Assembly: GCA_963828465.1 (NCBI GenBank) | Contig: CAWHEU010000018.1 | Location: 256,001 to 320,000, forward strand | Origin: an uncultured Acidobacteriota bacterium | Lineage (GTDB): Bacteria > Actinomycetota > Acidimicrobiia > Spongiisociales > ZC4RG35 | Direction of reading: 5' to 3' | DNA: 64,000 bases | In this document: one piece after another, positions 29,655 through 39,653 of the stretch | Layout of the letters: every line of letters starts with the position of its first letter | Numbering within the stretch: the first letter of the stretch is position 1 | Program-made: the position numbers and the translations under genes | The notes under the pieces: model-generated | Database searches by the model: none | Seen by the model: the letters and a program-made list of their open reading frames with translations, nothing else | Told to the model about the DNA's origin: nothing

Positions 29655-32364
29655 GTGACAGCGACCTCCGACGAGGCCCTACGGGCGGACATCAGACGCC
29701 TCGGCAACCAGCTCGGCGACGCCCTGGTCCGCCAGCATGGCCCCGAGCTCCTCGATCTGGTCGAAGAGGTGAGAGCTCTCGGCAAGTCATCCCGCCGGGG
29801 TGGTAGCACCGAGGCGGCGGGCCAACTCGACAACCGGCTCGCAGATCTGGAAATCGACGAGGTGATCCCGCTGGTCAGGGCGTTCACCACCTATTTCTAC
29901 CTGGCCAACGTCGCCGAGCAGGTCCACCGGATCGACCAATTGGCCATCGCCGAGCTTGGCTTGGCCGCCACCGTCGACCGCGTCCTCGAGGCGGGCGTGG
30001 AGCCCGATGTGCTGACAGAGGTCCTGCAACGCCTCGAGATGAGGCCGGTGTTCACTGCACATCCCACTGAGGCGGCTCGACGTTCGATTCTGACCAAGAC
30101 CGCCCGTCTAGCCGAGCTCATCGGGCAACGGCTGACCGCCGGAGACTCCGATCTGGCCCTCATCGATCGCCGCACCGCGGAACTGATCGATCAGATATGG
30201 CAAACCGACGAGTTGCGGCTCGAGAAGCCCAACCCGGTGGAGGAGGCGCGCTCGGCCCTTTACTACCTGGTCCAGATCGCCGTCCGAGGTCATGCCCGCT
30301 CTCAGCGAGAGGGTAGAGCTCGAGATCTCTCGGCTCGGAGTCGTTCCCGACAGGAGCCCGATACGGTTCGGGTCATGGGTCGGCGGCGACCGCGATGGGA
30401 ACCCCGGCGTGAAACCGGACACCACGTTGGAGACCCTTCTCCTCCAGCACGATCGCGGGATCCGCCACCTGATCGGTCTGATCGAAGGTCTCGCCGACGA
30501 GCTTTCTGTGTCCGAGCGTCTGGCGCCGATGAGCGACGAGTTGGAGGCGTCGCTGGCATCTGACCGCGAGATGCTGCCCGAGGTCTGGCAGCGCGAAGGG
30601 AGACGCACGGCCGCCGAGCCATATCGTCTCAAGTGCTCCTACATCCGGGCCCGACTTGTCAACACCAACCGGCGCCTACAGCAGGGCCTCCCCCATATCG
30701 AAGGCATCGACTACGCCCATCCCGACGATCTCGTCGCCGACCTCGACCTCATGGCCTCCTCCCTCTCCCACGCTCGCGGCGAGCTGATCGCCCACGGCGC
30801 CGTAGCGCGAATGCGCAGGGCGGCTGAGACGTTCGGCTTTCAGATGGCCACCCTCGATGTGCGTGAGCACGCGAGCAAACATCACGAGGCACTCGCCGAA
30901 TTGTTCGGCCTGGTCGGTGTCGACTACCGGGCAATGTCGCACGATCAGCGCTCAGAAGTGCTGTCAGCCGAGCTCGAAGGCACCCGTCCCCTGAGCGGTC
31001 TGACCACGACTCTCAGCCCAGAGGCAGACCTAACCCTCGGCGCGTTCCGTTCTATCCGGGAGGCCCAGGACCTCTATGGAGATCAGGTCATCGAGTCGTA
31101 CATCATCTCGATGACCGAGAGCCCGGCCGACGTCCTCGAGACGGCAGTTCTGGCCCGGGAGGCCGGTCTGATCGACCTACGTCGAGGCATCGCCCGCATA
31201 GGTCTGGTGCCCCTGGTAGAGACGATCGACGACCTCCGCAACGCCGGCGGGCTCCTGGAGGCTCTTTTCAACGATCCCCCGTACCGACAGATCCTCGAGC
31301 TCCGGGAGAACAGCCAGGAGGTAGTGCTCGGCTACTCCGATTCCAACAAGGAGGGCGGGATAACCACCTCGCAGTGGGAGATCTACAAGGCCCAGAGGTC
31401 GATGCGGAACGCCGCCGAGCGACACGGAGTACATCTGCGGCTGTTCCATGGCCGGGGCGGCACCATCGGCCGCGGAGGTGGGCCTACCCACGCTGCCATC
31501 CTCGCCCAGCCTTTCGGCACCGTGGACGGTGAATTGAAGGTCACCGAGCAAGGCGAGGTGATCTCGGAGAAGTATGGACACCCGGCCATCGCTGCCCGCA
31601 ACCTGGAGCTGGCACTCTCCGCGGTCCTGGAGTCGTCCCTGCTCCATCGGCGCTCACGCAAGCCCAAGGAGACCCTCGACCGGTGGACCGAGGCGATGGA
31701 CTTCTTCTCCGCCGAGGCCTACTCGTCCTACCGCGAGTTCGTCCAACATCCCAGCCTGGTCCCCTACTTTCTCAGCTCCACCCCCGTGGAGGAGCTGGGC
31801 CGCCTCAACTTGGGGAGCCGACCCTCCCGCCGTCCTGGTGGGGTCGGGGGGATAGAGGATCTTCGGGCCATCCCCTGGGTGTTCGGCTGGACGCAGACCC
31901 GTCAGATCGTCCCGGGTTGGTTTGGGGTCGGGACGGGGATCCGGGCAGCGAGAAAGGCCGGATTCGGCGATGTCCTGGACGAGATGGCACGGGAGTGGGG
32001 GTTCTTCCAGACCTTCGTCTCCAACGTCGAGATGACTCTGGCCAAGACCGATCTCGAGATCGCCGGTCGTTATGTGTCCAGTCTCGTGGAGGAGGAGCAT
32101 CGTGGGCTTCTCGACCTGATCCGGGCCGAGTGCGAACTGGCCACCGAGGAGATCCTCACCCTGCGCCGGCAACCGGACCTGCTCGGTGATCTGCCGCTCC
32201 TGAAGCGAACCCTTGGGGTCCGTGACGTGTATCTCGACCCCATTAGCTACCTACAGGTGTCCCTGCTCGCCCGCAGCCGGGACGGCGGGGTGGGCGACGA
32301 CCTCGACCGCGCCCTCCTCCTCACCGTGAACGGGATCGCAGCGGGAATGCGAAACACGGGGTAG
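29655..32364 (+). CDS. ppc: Phosphoenolpyruvate carboxylase; +1 frameshift near 30282
   Basis: LRADIRRLG, VFTAHPTE, WQTDE, GSWVGGDRDGNP, GYSDSNKEGG, FHGRGGTIGRGGGP, LRAIPWVFGWTQ, C-terminal GIAAGMRNTG. Confidence 0.96.
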
Positions 32365-32379
32365 ATAATCTCCCTCCCC

Positions 32380-33000
32380 ATGCCCGTCACCATCCTCGAC
32401 CACCCACTTGCCGCCGACCTCCTCGCCATCCTCCGCAGCAAAGAGACCGAACCACCGGAATTTCGACAGATCGCCGAGCGGCTGGGCTACCTCCTGGTGG
32501 CGGAAGCGCTCGCAGACATGACCACGGTGGACATCGAAATCGAGACCCCGTTGGAGAAGACGAGTGGCCGGCAGCTTCGGCGGCCCGTGGTCGCCGTAGC
32601 TGTCCTCCGCGCCGGCCTGGGGCTCCTCGAGTCGGTGCTGACACTTGTGCCGGATGCCGCCATCGGCTTCGCCGGCGTCCAGCGCAACGAGGAGACGGCC
32701 GAGCCGATCGAGTACTACACCAAGTTCCCCCAGCTCTCCTCGGCCAGAGTGCTCATCCTCGAGCCGATGTTGGCGACAGGCGGTTCTCTCTCCTGGGCCA
32801 TCGACAAGGTGAAGGAGAACGGTGCAAAAGACATCACGGCCGTGTGTGTCGTCACCGCTCCTGAAGGGCTGGCGGCCATAGAGGAAAAGCACCCCGACGT
32901 CCGCATCGTGGCTGCAGCCCTCGACCGCGAGCTGAACCCCAGTTTCTACATCGCACCCGGTCTCGGGGACATGGGGGACCGACTCTTCGGGACCTTGTGA
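32380..33000 (+). CDS. upp: Uracil phosphoribosyltransferase
   Basis: VLRAGLG, RNEET, EPMLATGGS, YIAPGLGDMGDRLFGT. Confidence 0.96.
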   Translation: MPVTILDHPLAADLLAILRSKETEPPEFRQIAERLGYLLVAEALADMTTVDIEIETPLEKTSGRQLRRPVVAVAVLRAGLGLLESVLTLVPDAAIGFAGVQRNEETAEPIEYYTKFPQLSSARVLILEPMLATGGSLSWAIDKVKENGAKDITAVCVVTAPEGLAAIEEKHPDVRIVAAALDRELNPSFYIAPGLGDMGDRLFGTL

Positions 33001-33275
33001 CAGTCTTCGAAGACGCCGTGCTCGAGGTGATCACCTCACTAGAGCGGGGCGAAGTCGTCACCTACGGCGAGGTGGCCGATCAAGCGGGGTTCCCGGGGGC
33101 GGCGCGAGCGGTCGGAACAGTCCTCCGAAATTGCGACGGGGACGTCCCGTGGTGGCGCGTGGTGGGCGCTGGCGGATTGATCCGCACCCCCGGCAAGGAG
33201 AGACAGGCAGACCTCCTCAGATCGGAGGGCATCCTCGTCACGGACGGGAAGGTCGTCGCCGTCAGGAACCGTTGA
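32997..33275 (+). CDS. Alkyltransferase-like (ATL/MGMT-family) protein
   Basis: TYGEVA...AARAVG...VPWWRVV (Trp replaces the catalytic Cys of PCHR), QADLLRSEG. Confidence 0.9.
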   Translation: MTVFEDAVLEVITSLERGEVVTYGEVADQAGFPGAARAVGTVLRNCDGDVPWWRVVGAGGLIRTPGKERQADLLRSEGILVTDGKVVAVRNR

Positions 33276-33298
33276 GGCCGTCCGATCGTCCAAGCGGC

Positions 33299-34051
33299 AT
33301 GACACGGACCACACATCGTCGCAACATCGCACTAATTGGCGGCCTAGCCGTCCTTCTCGCCGCCTGCGGCACCGCAGCCGGGTCGACCCCACAGGAGATC
33401 ACGGTCAACACATCGGAGGAGGCAACCACGGGCATCTCTGTCTCGGGGATGGGCGAGGTGACCGGCACGCCGGACACCGTGGAGGTAGGCCTGGGTGTCT
33501 CGGTGCTCGGTGAAACGGTCGACGAAGCGGCGACAAATGCGGCCGAGAAGGCTCAGGCGCTCATCGATTCATTGACTTCGAATGGTGTCGCCGAAGAGGA
33601 CATCACTACGACCGACTATTCGATCTACCCCGAGTACGACTACTCGAGCAACGAGGAGCGGCTGATCGGGTATCGGGTGAGCAACACGGTCAAGGCCAAG
33701 ATCAGGAACCTCGACAGCACCGGCGCAGTCCTGGACGATGCGACGGTGGCCGGTGGCGACGATGTCGTTGTCAATGGGCTCTCCTTCAGCATCGAGGACA
33801 ACGACGAACTGGTCGCCGCCGCCAGGGAGGCGGCGTGGAACGACGCCATGACCAAGGCCAGCCAGCTCGCCGAGCTGTCCGGGCAGACACTGGGCGAGGC
33901 AACCACCATCACCGAGACCGTGAGCATGCCTCCGATCCCGATCCCCTACGCCGGAGAGGCGGCAGCCGACCGGGCGGTGGAGACCCCGATCGAGCCGGGG
34001 ACATCGGCAGTGACCATCACGCTCCAGGTCCAGTTCGGCCTCGCCGGCTGA
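33299..34051 (+). CDS. SIMPL (DUF541) domain lipoprotein
   Basis: ATG 33299, lipobox LLAA-C; GISVSGMGEVTGTPD, AREAAWNDA, PIEPG. Confidence 0.87.
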   Translation: MTRTTHRRNIALIGGLAVLLAACGTAAGSTPQEITVNTSEEATTGISVSGMGEVTGTPDTVEVGLGVSVLGETVDEAATNAAEKAQALIDSLTSNGVAEEDITTTDYSIYPEYDYSSNEERLIGYRVSNTVKAKIRNLDSTGAVLDDATVAGGDDVVVNGLSFSIEDNDELVAAAREAAWNDAMTKASQLAELSGQTLGEATTITETVSMPPIPIPYAGEAAADRAVETPIEPGTSAVTITLQVQFGLAG

Positions 34052-34091
34052 GCAATAGGCTCCACGGCACGGAGCAAAACTGGAGGTCAAC

Positions 34092-34721
34092 ATGGGCATC
34101 ACCGTGGCAGGCGCCGGGGAGGCGAATGCCGCCCCGGACATGGTCGAGATCGATGTCGGTGTTTCCGTGCTCGCCGACACGGTTGAGGATGCCAGTCGAA
34201 CCGCGGCAGAGAGGGCCGAGGCGGTGTCCTCGGCCCTCACCGCAGGTGGCGTTCTTGCCGAGGATCTGGCGACCACCGAGTACTCGATCCGGTCCGAATA
34301 CGACTACTCGAGCAGCAAACAGCGGCTGCTGGGGTATCGCGTCAGCAACACCGTCCGCGCCAAGGTCCGCGACGTCGCATCGACCGGCCCCCTGCTCGAT
34401 TCCATCGCCTCCGCCGGAGGCGATGAGACCAGGGTCAACGGCCTCAGCTTCGGGGTCGCCGACGAGACCTCGCTCCTGGCCACGGCGAGGGAAGCGGCAT
34501 GGAACGACGCCCGAGCCAAAGCCGAGCAGCTGGCCGCCCTATCCGGGCACACCCTGGGAAAGGCGACCGCCATCACCGAGACGATCGAGGGCCCCGTGTT
34601 GCCGATGCCGAGGATGATGGCTGCCGACATGGCGATGTCGGAGAGGACATCGACCCCGATCGAGCCGGGATCATCGACTGTGACGGTGACGCTCAGGGTG
34701 GAGTTCGGCTTCCGGGAGTGA
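34092..34721 (+). CDS. SIMPL (DUF541) domain protein lacking signal peptide
   Basis: GGAGG before ATG; GITVAGAGEANAAPD, AREAAWNDARAKA, PIEPG; paralog of the upstream gene. Confidence 0.87.
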   Translation: MGITVAGAGEANAAPDMVEIDVGVSVLADTVEDASRTAAERAEAVSSALTAGGVLAEDLATTEYSIRSEYDYSSSKQRLLGYRVSNTVRAKVRDVASTGPLLDSIASAGGDETRVNGLSFGVADETSLLATAREAAWNDARAKAEQLAALSGHTLGKATAITETIEGPVLPMPRMMAADMAMSERTSTPIEPGSSTVTVTLRVEFGFRE

Positions 34722-34757
34722 GCAGCCCCAGGGGGAATACCCCAGGCTCTCCTATCC

Positions 34758-36122
34758 TTGAGAGTGGCAACAGGCGAGCGCAATTTGAACGACCACTCAC
34801 GCCGCATCTACGACTCGATGCTCGGGCTGCTCTCGAACGCCGAGAACCCGACACCAATGGTCAGGCTCAACCACGTCGTCCCGTTCGTGCACACCGAGGT
34901 ATTCGCCAAGCTCGAGTGGTACAACCCGTTCGGCTCGGTCAAGGACCGAATCGCGTCGAACATGATCCAGCAGGCCCGCGAGCAGGGCGAGCTCACCGAC
35001 GAGGACCTGGTCGAGCCCACGTCGGGCAACACCGGTCTCGGCCTGATCATGATGGGCAACCTCCTCGGCTATGACCTCACCACCCCGCTGTCCAGCGCCA
35101 TTCCCGTCGAGAAGCGGACAATGCTCCGCTTCTTCGGCGCCACCGTCGAGGAGCTGGAAGACGACCTGTGCCCCGCCCCATGGGCACCCGAGGGCGCCAT
35201 CGCCCGGGCGACGGAGATCGCCGAAAAGCCCGACTTCCTGATGCTCAACCAATACAGGAACCCGTCGAACCCCGACGCTCATTATCGGACCACCGGCCCG
35301 GAGATATGGCGCCAGACAGAAGAGACGATCACCCATTTCGTGGCCGGGATGGGGACCTGCGGCACCATTACCGGGACGGGCAGGTATCTCAAGGAGCAGA
35401 ACTCCGCCGTGCAGGTCATCGGGGTGCACCCTGGCGAAGGCCATGACATCCCGGGGGTGCGCAGCATCCGCCAGCTGAAGCAGACCGAGTTCTTCCTGCC
35501 TGAGGAGTACGACGGGATGATCGAGATCGACAACGAGGACGCCTACGCCCTCACGCTTCGGCTCAACCGCGAGGAAAGCATCCCCGCCGGTCCCAGCTCG
35601 GGAATGGCTCTCGCCGGTGCCTTGGCCAGCATTCCCGACGAGCCCGGGATCAGGGTGGTCGTGATGTTCCCGGACAATGCCTTCAAGTACGCCTCGTCGA
35701 TGGCCAAGCACATCCCCGGGTTGGCTCCGCCTGTGCTGCCTCGAGCCAAGAGCCGCCGGGAGGAGCTCTTCGACGCCATCATCGAGCACACCCGGCACAA
35801 CCCCCACCTCACTGTAGATGCCGAGGTGGCGCACGACCGATGGGAAGCAGAGAGGCCTTTCGTGGTCGATGTCCGCTCAGCCGAGGAGTTCGCTCAGGGG
35901 CATATCCCGGGAGCGATCAATATCCCCCTCATGGAGCTGCCGGACAACCAGGACCAGCTGCCCGCCGACCTCGACACCCCGGTGCTGACCGTATGCGCCC
36001 GGGGCAACATCTCACTGCCGGGCGTCCTCTACATCAACTCACTCGGCTATCGGGATGCCCACAGCATCACCGGAGGCACCAATGCCTGGGTCGAGCAGGG
36101 ATACGAGACGGAAACCGGCTAG
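34758..36122 (+). CDS. PLP-dependent cysteine synthase family enzyme fused to rhodanese domain
   Basis: AKLEWYNPFGSVKDR, EPTSGNTG, GMGTCGT, GPSSG; C-terminal VDVRSAEEFAQGHIPGAINIP...CARGNIS; exact start uncertain. Confidence 0.9.
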   Translation: MRVATGERNLNDHSRRIYDSMLGLLSNAENPTPMVRLNHVVPFVHTEVFAKLEWYNPFGSVKDRIASNMIQQAREQGELTDEDLVEPTSGNTGLGLIMMGNLLGYDLTTPLSSAIPVEKRTMLRFFGATVEELEDDLCPAPWAPEGAIARATEIAEKPDFLMLNQYRNPSNPDAHYRTTGPEIWRQTEETITHFVAGMGTCGTITGTGRYLKEQNSAVQVIGVHPGEGHDIPGVRSIRQLKQTEFFLPEEYDGMIEIDNEDAYALTLRLNREESIPAGPSSGMALAGALASIPDEPGIRVVVMFPDNAFKYASSMAKHIPGLAPPVLPRAKSRREELFDAIIEHTRHNPHLTVDAEVAHDRWEAERPFVVDVRSAEEFAQGHIPGAINIPLMELPDNQDQLPADLDTPVLTVCARGNISLPGVLYINSLGYRDAHSITGGTNAWVEQGYETETG

Positions 36123-36166
36123 CCCTCTCCTTTGGATTTCGCGGTTTCCCCAATCAAACTGCGACG

Positions 36167-37165
36167 ATGCGCCACTTTCTCAACACCTTCGATTGGACCC
36201 GACCCGAGCTCCAATCGATGGTGGACGAGGGGCGTCGGCTCAAGGCGTCTCCCTACGGCAATGCACTAGAGGGGAAGACCATCGCCCTGCTCTTTCTGAA
36301 CAACTCCCTGCGCACTCGCACCTCGTTCGACGTTGGTGCCAACCAGCTGGGTGGTCACGCGGTCGTGCTCTCCCCGTCCGGCGGAATGTGGCCACTCGAG
36401 TTCGAAGACGGGGCGGTGATGCTCGACGATGCCGAGGAGCACGTCAAGGAAGCCGCCAAGGTCCTCTCCCGCTACTGCGACCTGATCGGGATCAGGGCCT
36501 TTCCCAAATTCGAGAACTGGGAGGAGGACCGCAAGGACACCATCCTCCAGGCCTTCGCCACCCACGCCGACGTCCCTGTCATCAACATGGAGACCATCAC
36601 CCACCCCTGTCAGGAGCTCGCCCATGTCATGGCCCTTCAAGAACGCCTGGGCTCGCTCGACGGCAAGCGCTACCTGCTGACCTGGAGCTATCACCCCAAG
36701 CCGCTGAACACGGCGGTCGCCAATTCGGCGCTCGTGATCGCGGCCAAGTTCGGCATGAACGTCACCCTGCTCTGCCCGACCGAGGATTTCCTGCTCGATG
36801 ACCGGTACATGAACATCGCTACCCGCGACGCCGGCGCCAACGGGGGCAGCGTCACAGTCACCCATGAGATCGAGACCGGATATGACGGAGCCGATGTCGT
36901 CTACGCCAAGAGCTGGGGAGCGATTCCCTTCTTCGGTCGATGGGACGAGGAGAAGGTGATCCGGGACAAGTATCAGGACTTCATCGTCGACTCCCGCAAG
37001 ATGGCGATGACGAGCGACGCCGTTGTCAGCCACTGCCTCCCGATGAGACGCAACGTCATCATGACCGACGAGGTCTTCGACAGCCCGAGTTGCATCGCCT
37101 ACGACGAGGCGGAGAACCGCCTCCACGTGCAGAAGGCGATCATGACCAACCTGCTCACGCAATGA
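36167..37165 (+). CDS. argF: N-acetylornithine carbamoyltransferase (ArgF', Xanthomonas type)
   Basis: FLNNSLRTRTSF, WPLEF, EEHVKE, HPCQELAH, WSYHPKPLNTAVANS, YAKSWG, HCLPMRRNV, EAENRLH. Confidence 0.9.
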   Translation: MRHFLNTFDWTRPELQSMVDEGRRLKASPYGNALEGKTIALLFLNNSLRTRTSFDVGANQLGGHAVVLSPSGGMWPLEFEDGAVMLDDAEEHVKEAAKVLSRYCDLIGIRAFPKFENWEEDRKDTILQAFATHADVPVINMETITHPCQELAHVMALQERLGSLDGKRYLLTWSYHPKPLNTAVANSALVIAAKFGMNVTLLCPTEDFLLDDRYMNIATRDAGANGGSVTVTHEIETGYDGADVVYAKSWGAIPFFGRWDEEKVIRDKYQDFIVDSRKMAMTSDAVVSHCLPMRRNVIMTDEVFDSPSCIAYDEAENRLHVQKAIMTNLLTQ

Positions 37166-38511
37166 GCGAGGACCGGGTCACAGGGTCGTCCAATCGGGAC
37201 GTTCGCCAGACCATCGTCCATCTCCTCTCCAACATGAGCGATGGGAGGGAGATTCGCTCCTATCTCCAGCGGTTCTCCGAAGTCGACCGCTCCCGTTTCG
37301 CCGTGATCAAGATCGGCGGCGCCATCCTCGCCGAGCATCTCGAAGAGACCGCCGCTGCCCTGGCCTTTCTCCACACCGTGGGATTGACCCCGATCGTGAT
37401 CCACGGTGGTGGCACCCAACTCGACCGCGCCCTCGATGAACGAGGTATCGAAAGCCGCAGGATCGACGGGCTCAGGGTCACCGAGCCCGACGTCCTCGAC
37501 GCGGCCCGGGACACCTTCATCGAACAGAACATCCGCCTCGTCGAGGCGATAAGAGAGCAGGGGGTAGCCGCCCACGGTCTCACGGCCGGCGCCTTCGAGG
37601 CCGACTATGTCAACCGGGAGAAGTACGGGCTGGTCGGCGAGCCGACCGAGGTGCACATCGCCCTCATACGCTCCATCGTCGACTCCGGAGCAATCCCCAT
37701 CCTGACGTGTCTCGGTGTCGCCCCGGGGGGGCAGATCGTCAACATGAACGCCGATTCGGCAACGAGGGCCCTGGTTCACGCGGTGCAGCCGCTCAAGATC
37801 ATCTTCCTGGTCGATGTCGGTGGCCTCCTCGACGACAACGGGCGGCCGATCGAGTCGATCAACCTCGCCTCCGACTACGACCACCTCATGGCCCAGGATT
37901 GGGTTCACTCCGGAATGCGGCTCAAACTGGCCGAGATCAAGCGGCTGCTGGACGACACGCCGCTTTCCACCTCCGTCTCCATCACAACGCCGTCTGGCCT
38001 GGTCAAGGAGCTGTTCACGCACGGCGGGTCGGGCACTCTGGTGCGGAAGGGCGAGCTGATAGAGCGGGTGACCGACCCGGGCTCCATCGACGGGAGTCAG
38101 GTGGTCAAGCTGGTCGAGGAGGCATTCGGGAGACCACTGAAGGACGGGTGGTGGTCGGGCCTCGACCTCGACAGCGCCTACCTCTCGGAGAGCCTCCGGG
38201 CCGGTGCGATCGTCACCCGCGTCGGCGACATCTCGTATCTGGACAAGTTCGCCATCCTCGAGGATGCCCGCGGCGAAGGACTGGCCAGGACGGTGTGGGC
38301 ACAGCTAATCGCCGATCACCCCGTGCTCTACTGGCGATCCCGGACCGAGAATCGGTTCAATTCCTTCTATGGCGATGAGGCCGATGGCTCGGTGAAGCGC
38401 GCTCCCTGGACCGTGTTCTGGAAGGGCGAGACCGACTTCGATCGCATCGCGCCCCGGGTCGAGTCGATCGCGGCACTCCCCGCATCGTTCGTTGGCGACA
38501 ACGATGAGTGA
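37162..38511 (+). CDS. argB: Acetylglutamate kinase with C-terminal DUF619/NAT domain (bifunctional NAGS/K type)
   Basis: REIRSYLQRFS, FAVIKIGGA, IHGGGTQL, NMNAD, KELFTHGGSGTLVRKG, YLDKFA...ARGEGL, WRSR..N. Confidence 0.9.
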   Translation: MSEDRVTGSSNRDVRQTIVHLLSNMSDGREIRSYLQRFSEVDRSRFAVIKIGGAILAEHLEETAAALAFLHTVGLTPIVIHGGGTQLDRALDERGIESRRIDGLRVTEPDVLDAARDTFIEQNIRLVEAIREQGVAAHGLTAGAFEADYVNREKYGLVGEPTEVHIALIRSIVDSGAIPILTCLGVAPGGQIVNMNADSATRALVHAVQPLKIIFLVDVGGLLDDNGRPIESINLASDYDHLMAQDWVHSGMRLKLAEIKRLLDDTPLSTSVSITTPSGLVKELFTHGGSGTLVRKGELIERVTDPGSIDGSQVVKLVEEAFGRPLKDGWWSGLDLDSAYLSESLRAGAIVTRVGDISYLDKFAILEDARGEGLARTVWAQLIADHPVLYWRSRTENRFNSFYGDEADGSVKRAPWTVFWKGETDFDRIAPRVESIAALPASFVGDNDE

Positions 38512-39427
38512 GCGCCATACCGTCGGCGTGGTGGGCGCCCGCGGCCACACCGGCGCCGAGTTGGTCCGTTTGATCAGGGACCACCCCTCGCTCGAGCTCG
38601 TATTCGCCGGGTCCCGCGAGCTCGCGGGCATGCCGGTGCCCGGGCTGAATGACGTTGAGTATGAGTCCGTCGGCCCCGAGAATCTGGCCGGCCGCGACCT
38701 GGATGTTGTGATCCTGGCCCTTCCCGATGGCGCCGGCGACCCCTACGTCGACGTGATCGACGATGAGAGCGTGATCGTGGACATCTCCGCAGATCATCGG
38801 CTCGATGACAACTGGGCCTATGGACTGCCCGAGCTGTTCCGGGAGAAACTCAGCGGCGCCCAGCGCATCGCCAACCCCGGTTGCTACGCCACCGCCACTC
38901 AGATAGCACTCGCTCCCCTGCTGGAGGCCATCTCAGGGGCTCCGGCCGTCTTCGGAGTCTCCGGGTACTCGGGAGCGGGAACCACTCCCGGCCCACGTAA
39001 CGACCCCGACCGTCTTCGGGACAACCTGATGCCCTACAAGCTGGTGGGGCACAACCACGAACGGGAGACAGTCCACCATCTCGGGATCCCGGTCCGGTTC
39101 ATCCCCCATGTCCACCCGGCATTCCGTGGACTCCTCGTCACGGCCCATATCCCGTTGAATCGGGCAATGACCGCGGCCGAGATCGAGGCGCGTTATGAGG
39201 AGCAGTACGGCGAGGAGCCTTTGATCGAGATCCGGGACACCATCCCGGAATTGAGAGACGGGACTGACTACCCGGGCCTCATCGTCGGCGGCTTCGCAAC
39301 CAGCGAAGATGGGCAGAACGCCGTGGTGATCGCCGTCGAGGACAACCTGCTCAAAGGCGCGGCCGTGCAAGCCATTCAGAATGTCAATCTGGCAATGGGG
39401 CTGCCCGAGACGGAGGGTCTCGACTGA
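38504..39427 (+). CDS. argC: N-acetyl-gamma-glutamyl-phosphate reductase
   Basis: VGARGHTGAEL, DISADHR, YGLPE, IANPGCYAT, GVSGYSGAG, DNLLKGAAVQA. Confidence 0.95.
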   Translation: MSERHTVGVVGARGHTGAELVRLIRDHPSLELVFAGSRELAGMPVPGLNDVEYESVGPENLAGRDLDVVILALPDGAGDPYVDVIDDESVIVDISADHRLDDNWAYGLPELFREKLSGAQRIANPGCYATATQIALAPLLEAISGAPAVFGVSGYSGAGTTPGPRNDPDRLRDNLMPYKLVGHNHERETVHHLGIPVRFIPHVHPAFRGLLVTAHIPLNRAMTAAEIEARYEEQYGEEPLIEIRDTIPELRDGTDYPGLIVGGFATSEDGQNAVVIAVEDNLLKGAAVQAIQNVNLAMGLPETEGLD

Positions 39428-39473
39428 TGGCAAACCCTTTGCAGTCGAGGCGTCCCTACAGCAAGGTGCCATC

Positions 39474-39641
39474 GTGAGCCCCGAGACCGTCTTTGCGACT
39501 AGGGACGATTTGTACGCGGTGCGGGACGAGCTGCGGTCCGAGCTCCGCCACCTATCAGATCGCATCGATCGGATGCAACTCACCCTGATCGCCGGGTTCC
39601 TATCCATGATCGTGGCTCTCTTGTTCAGCGGCGCCTTCTGA
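39474..39641 (+). CDS. Small coiled-coil plus C-terminal TM protein (DUF1640/CCDC90-like)
   Basis: ATRDDL...ELRSELRHLSDRIDRM then LTLIAGFLSMIVALLF; AAGG upstream of GTG 39474. Confidence 0.6.
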   Translation: MSPETVFATRDDLYAVRDELRSELRHLSDRIDRMQLTLIAGFLSMIVALLFSGAF

Positions 39642-39653
39642 TCGCCCGCCACA

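Noticed and set aside
15700-30300. Programmed frameshifting or phase variation in coxL, coxE, anti-sigma and ppc
   Set aside because: No slippery heptamers or long homopolymer/SSR tracts; uniform +1 insertions in unrelated genes fit sequencing error better
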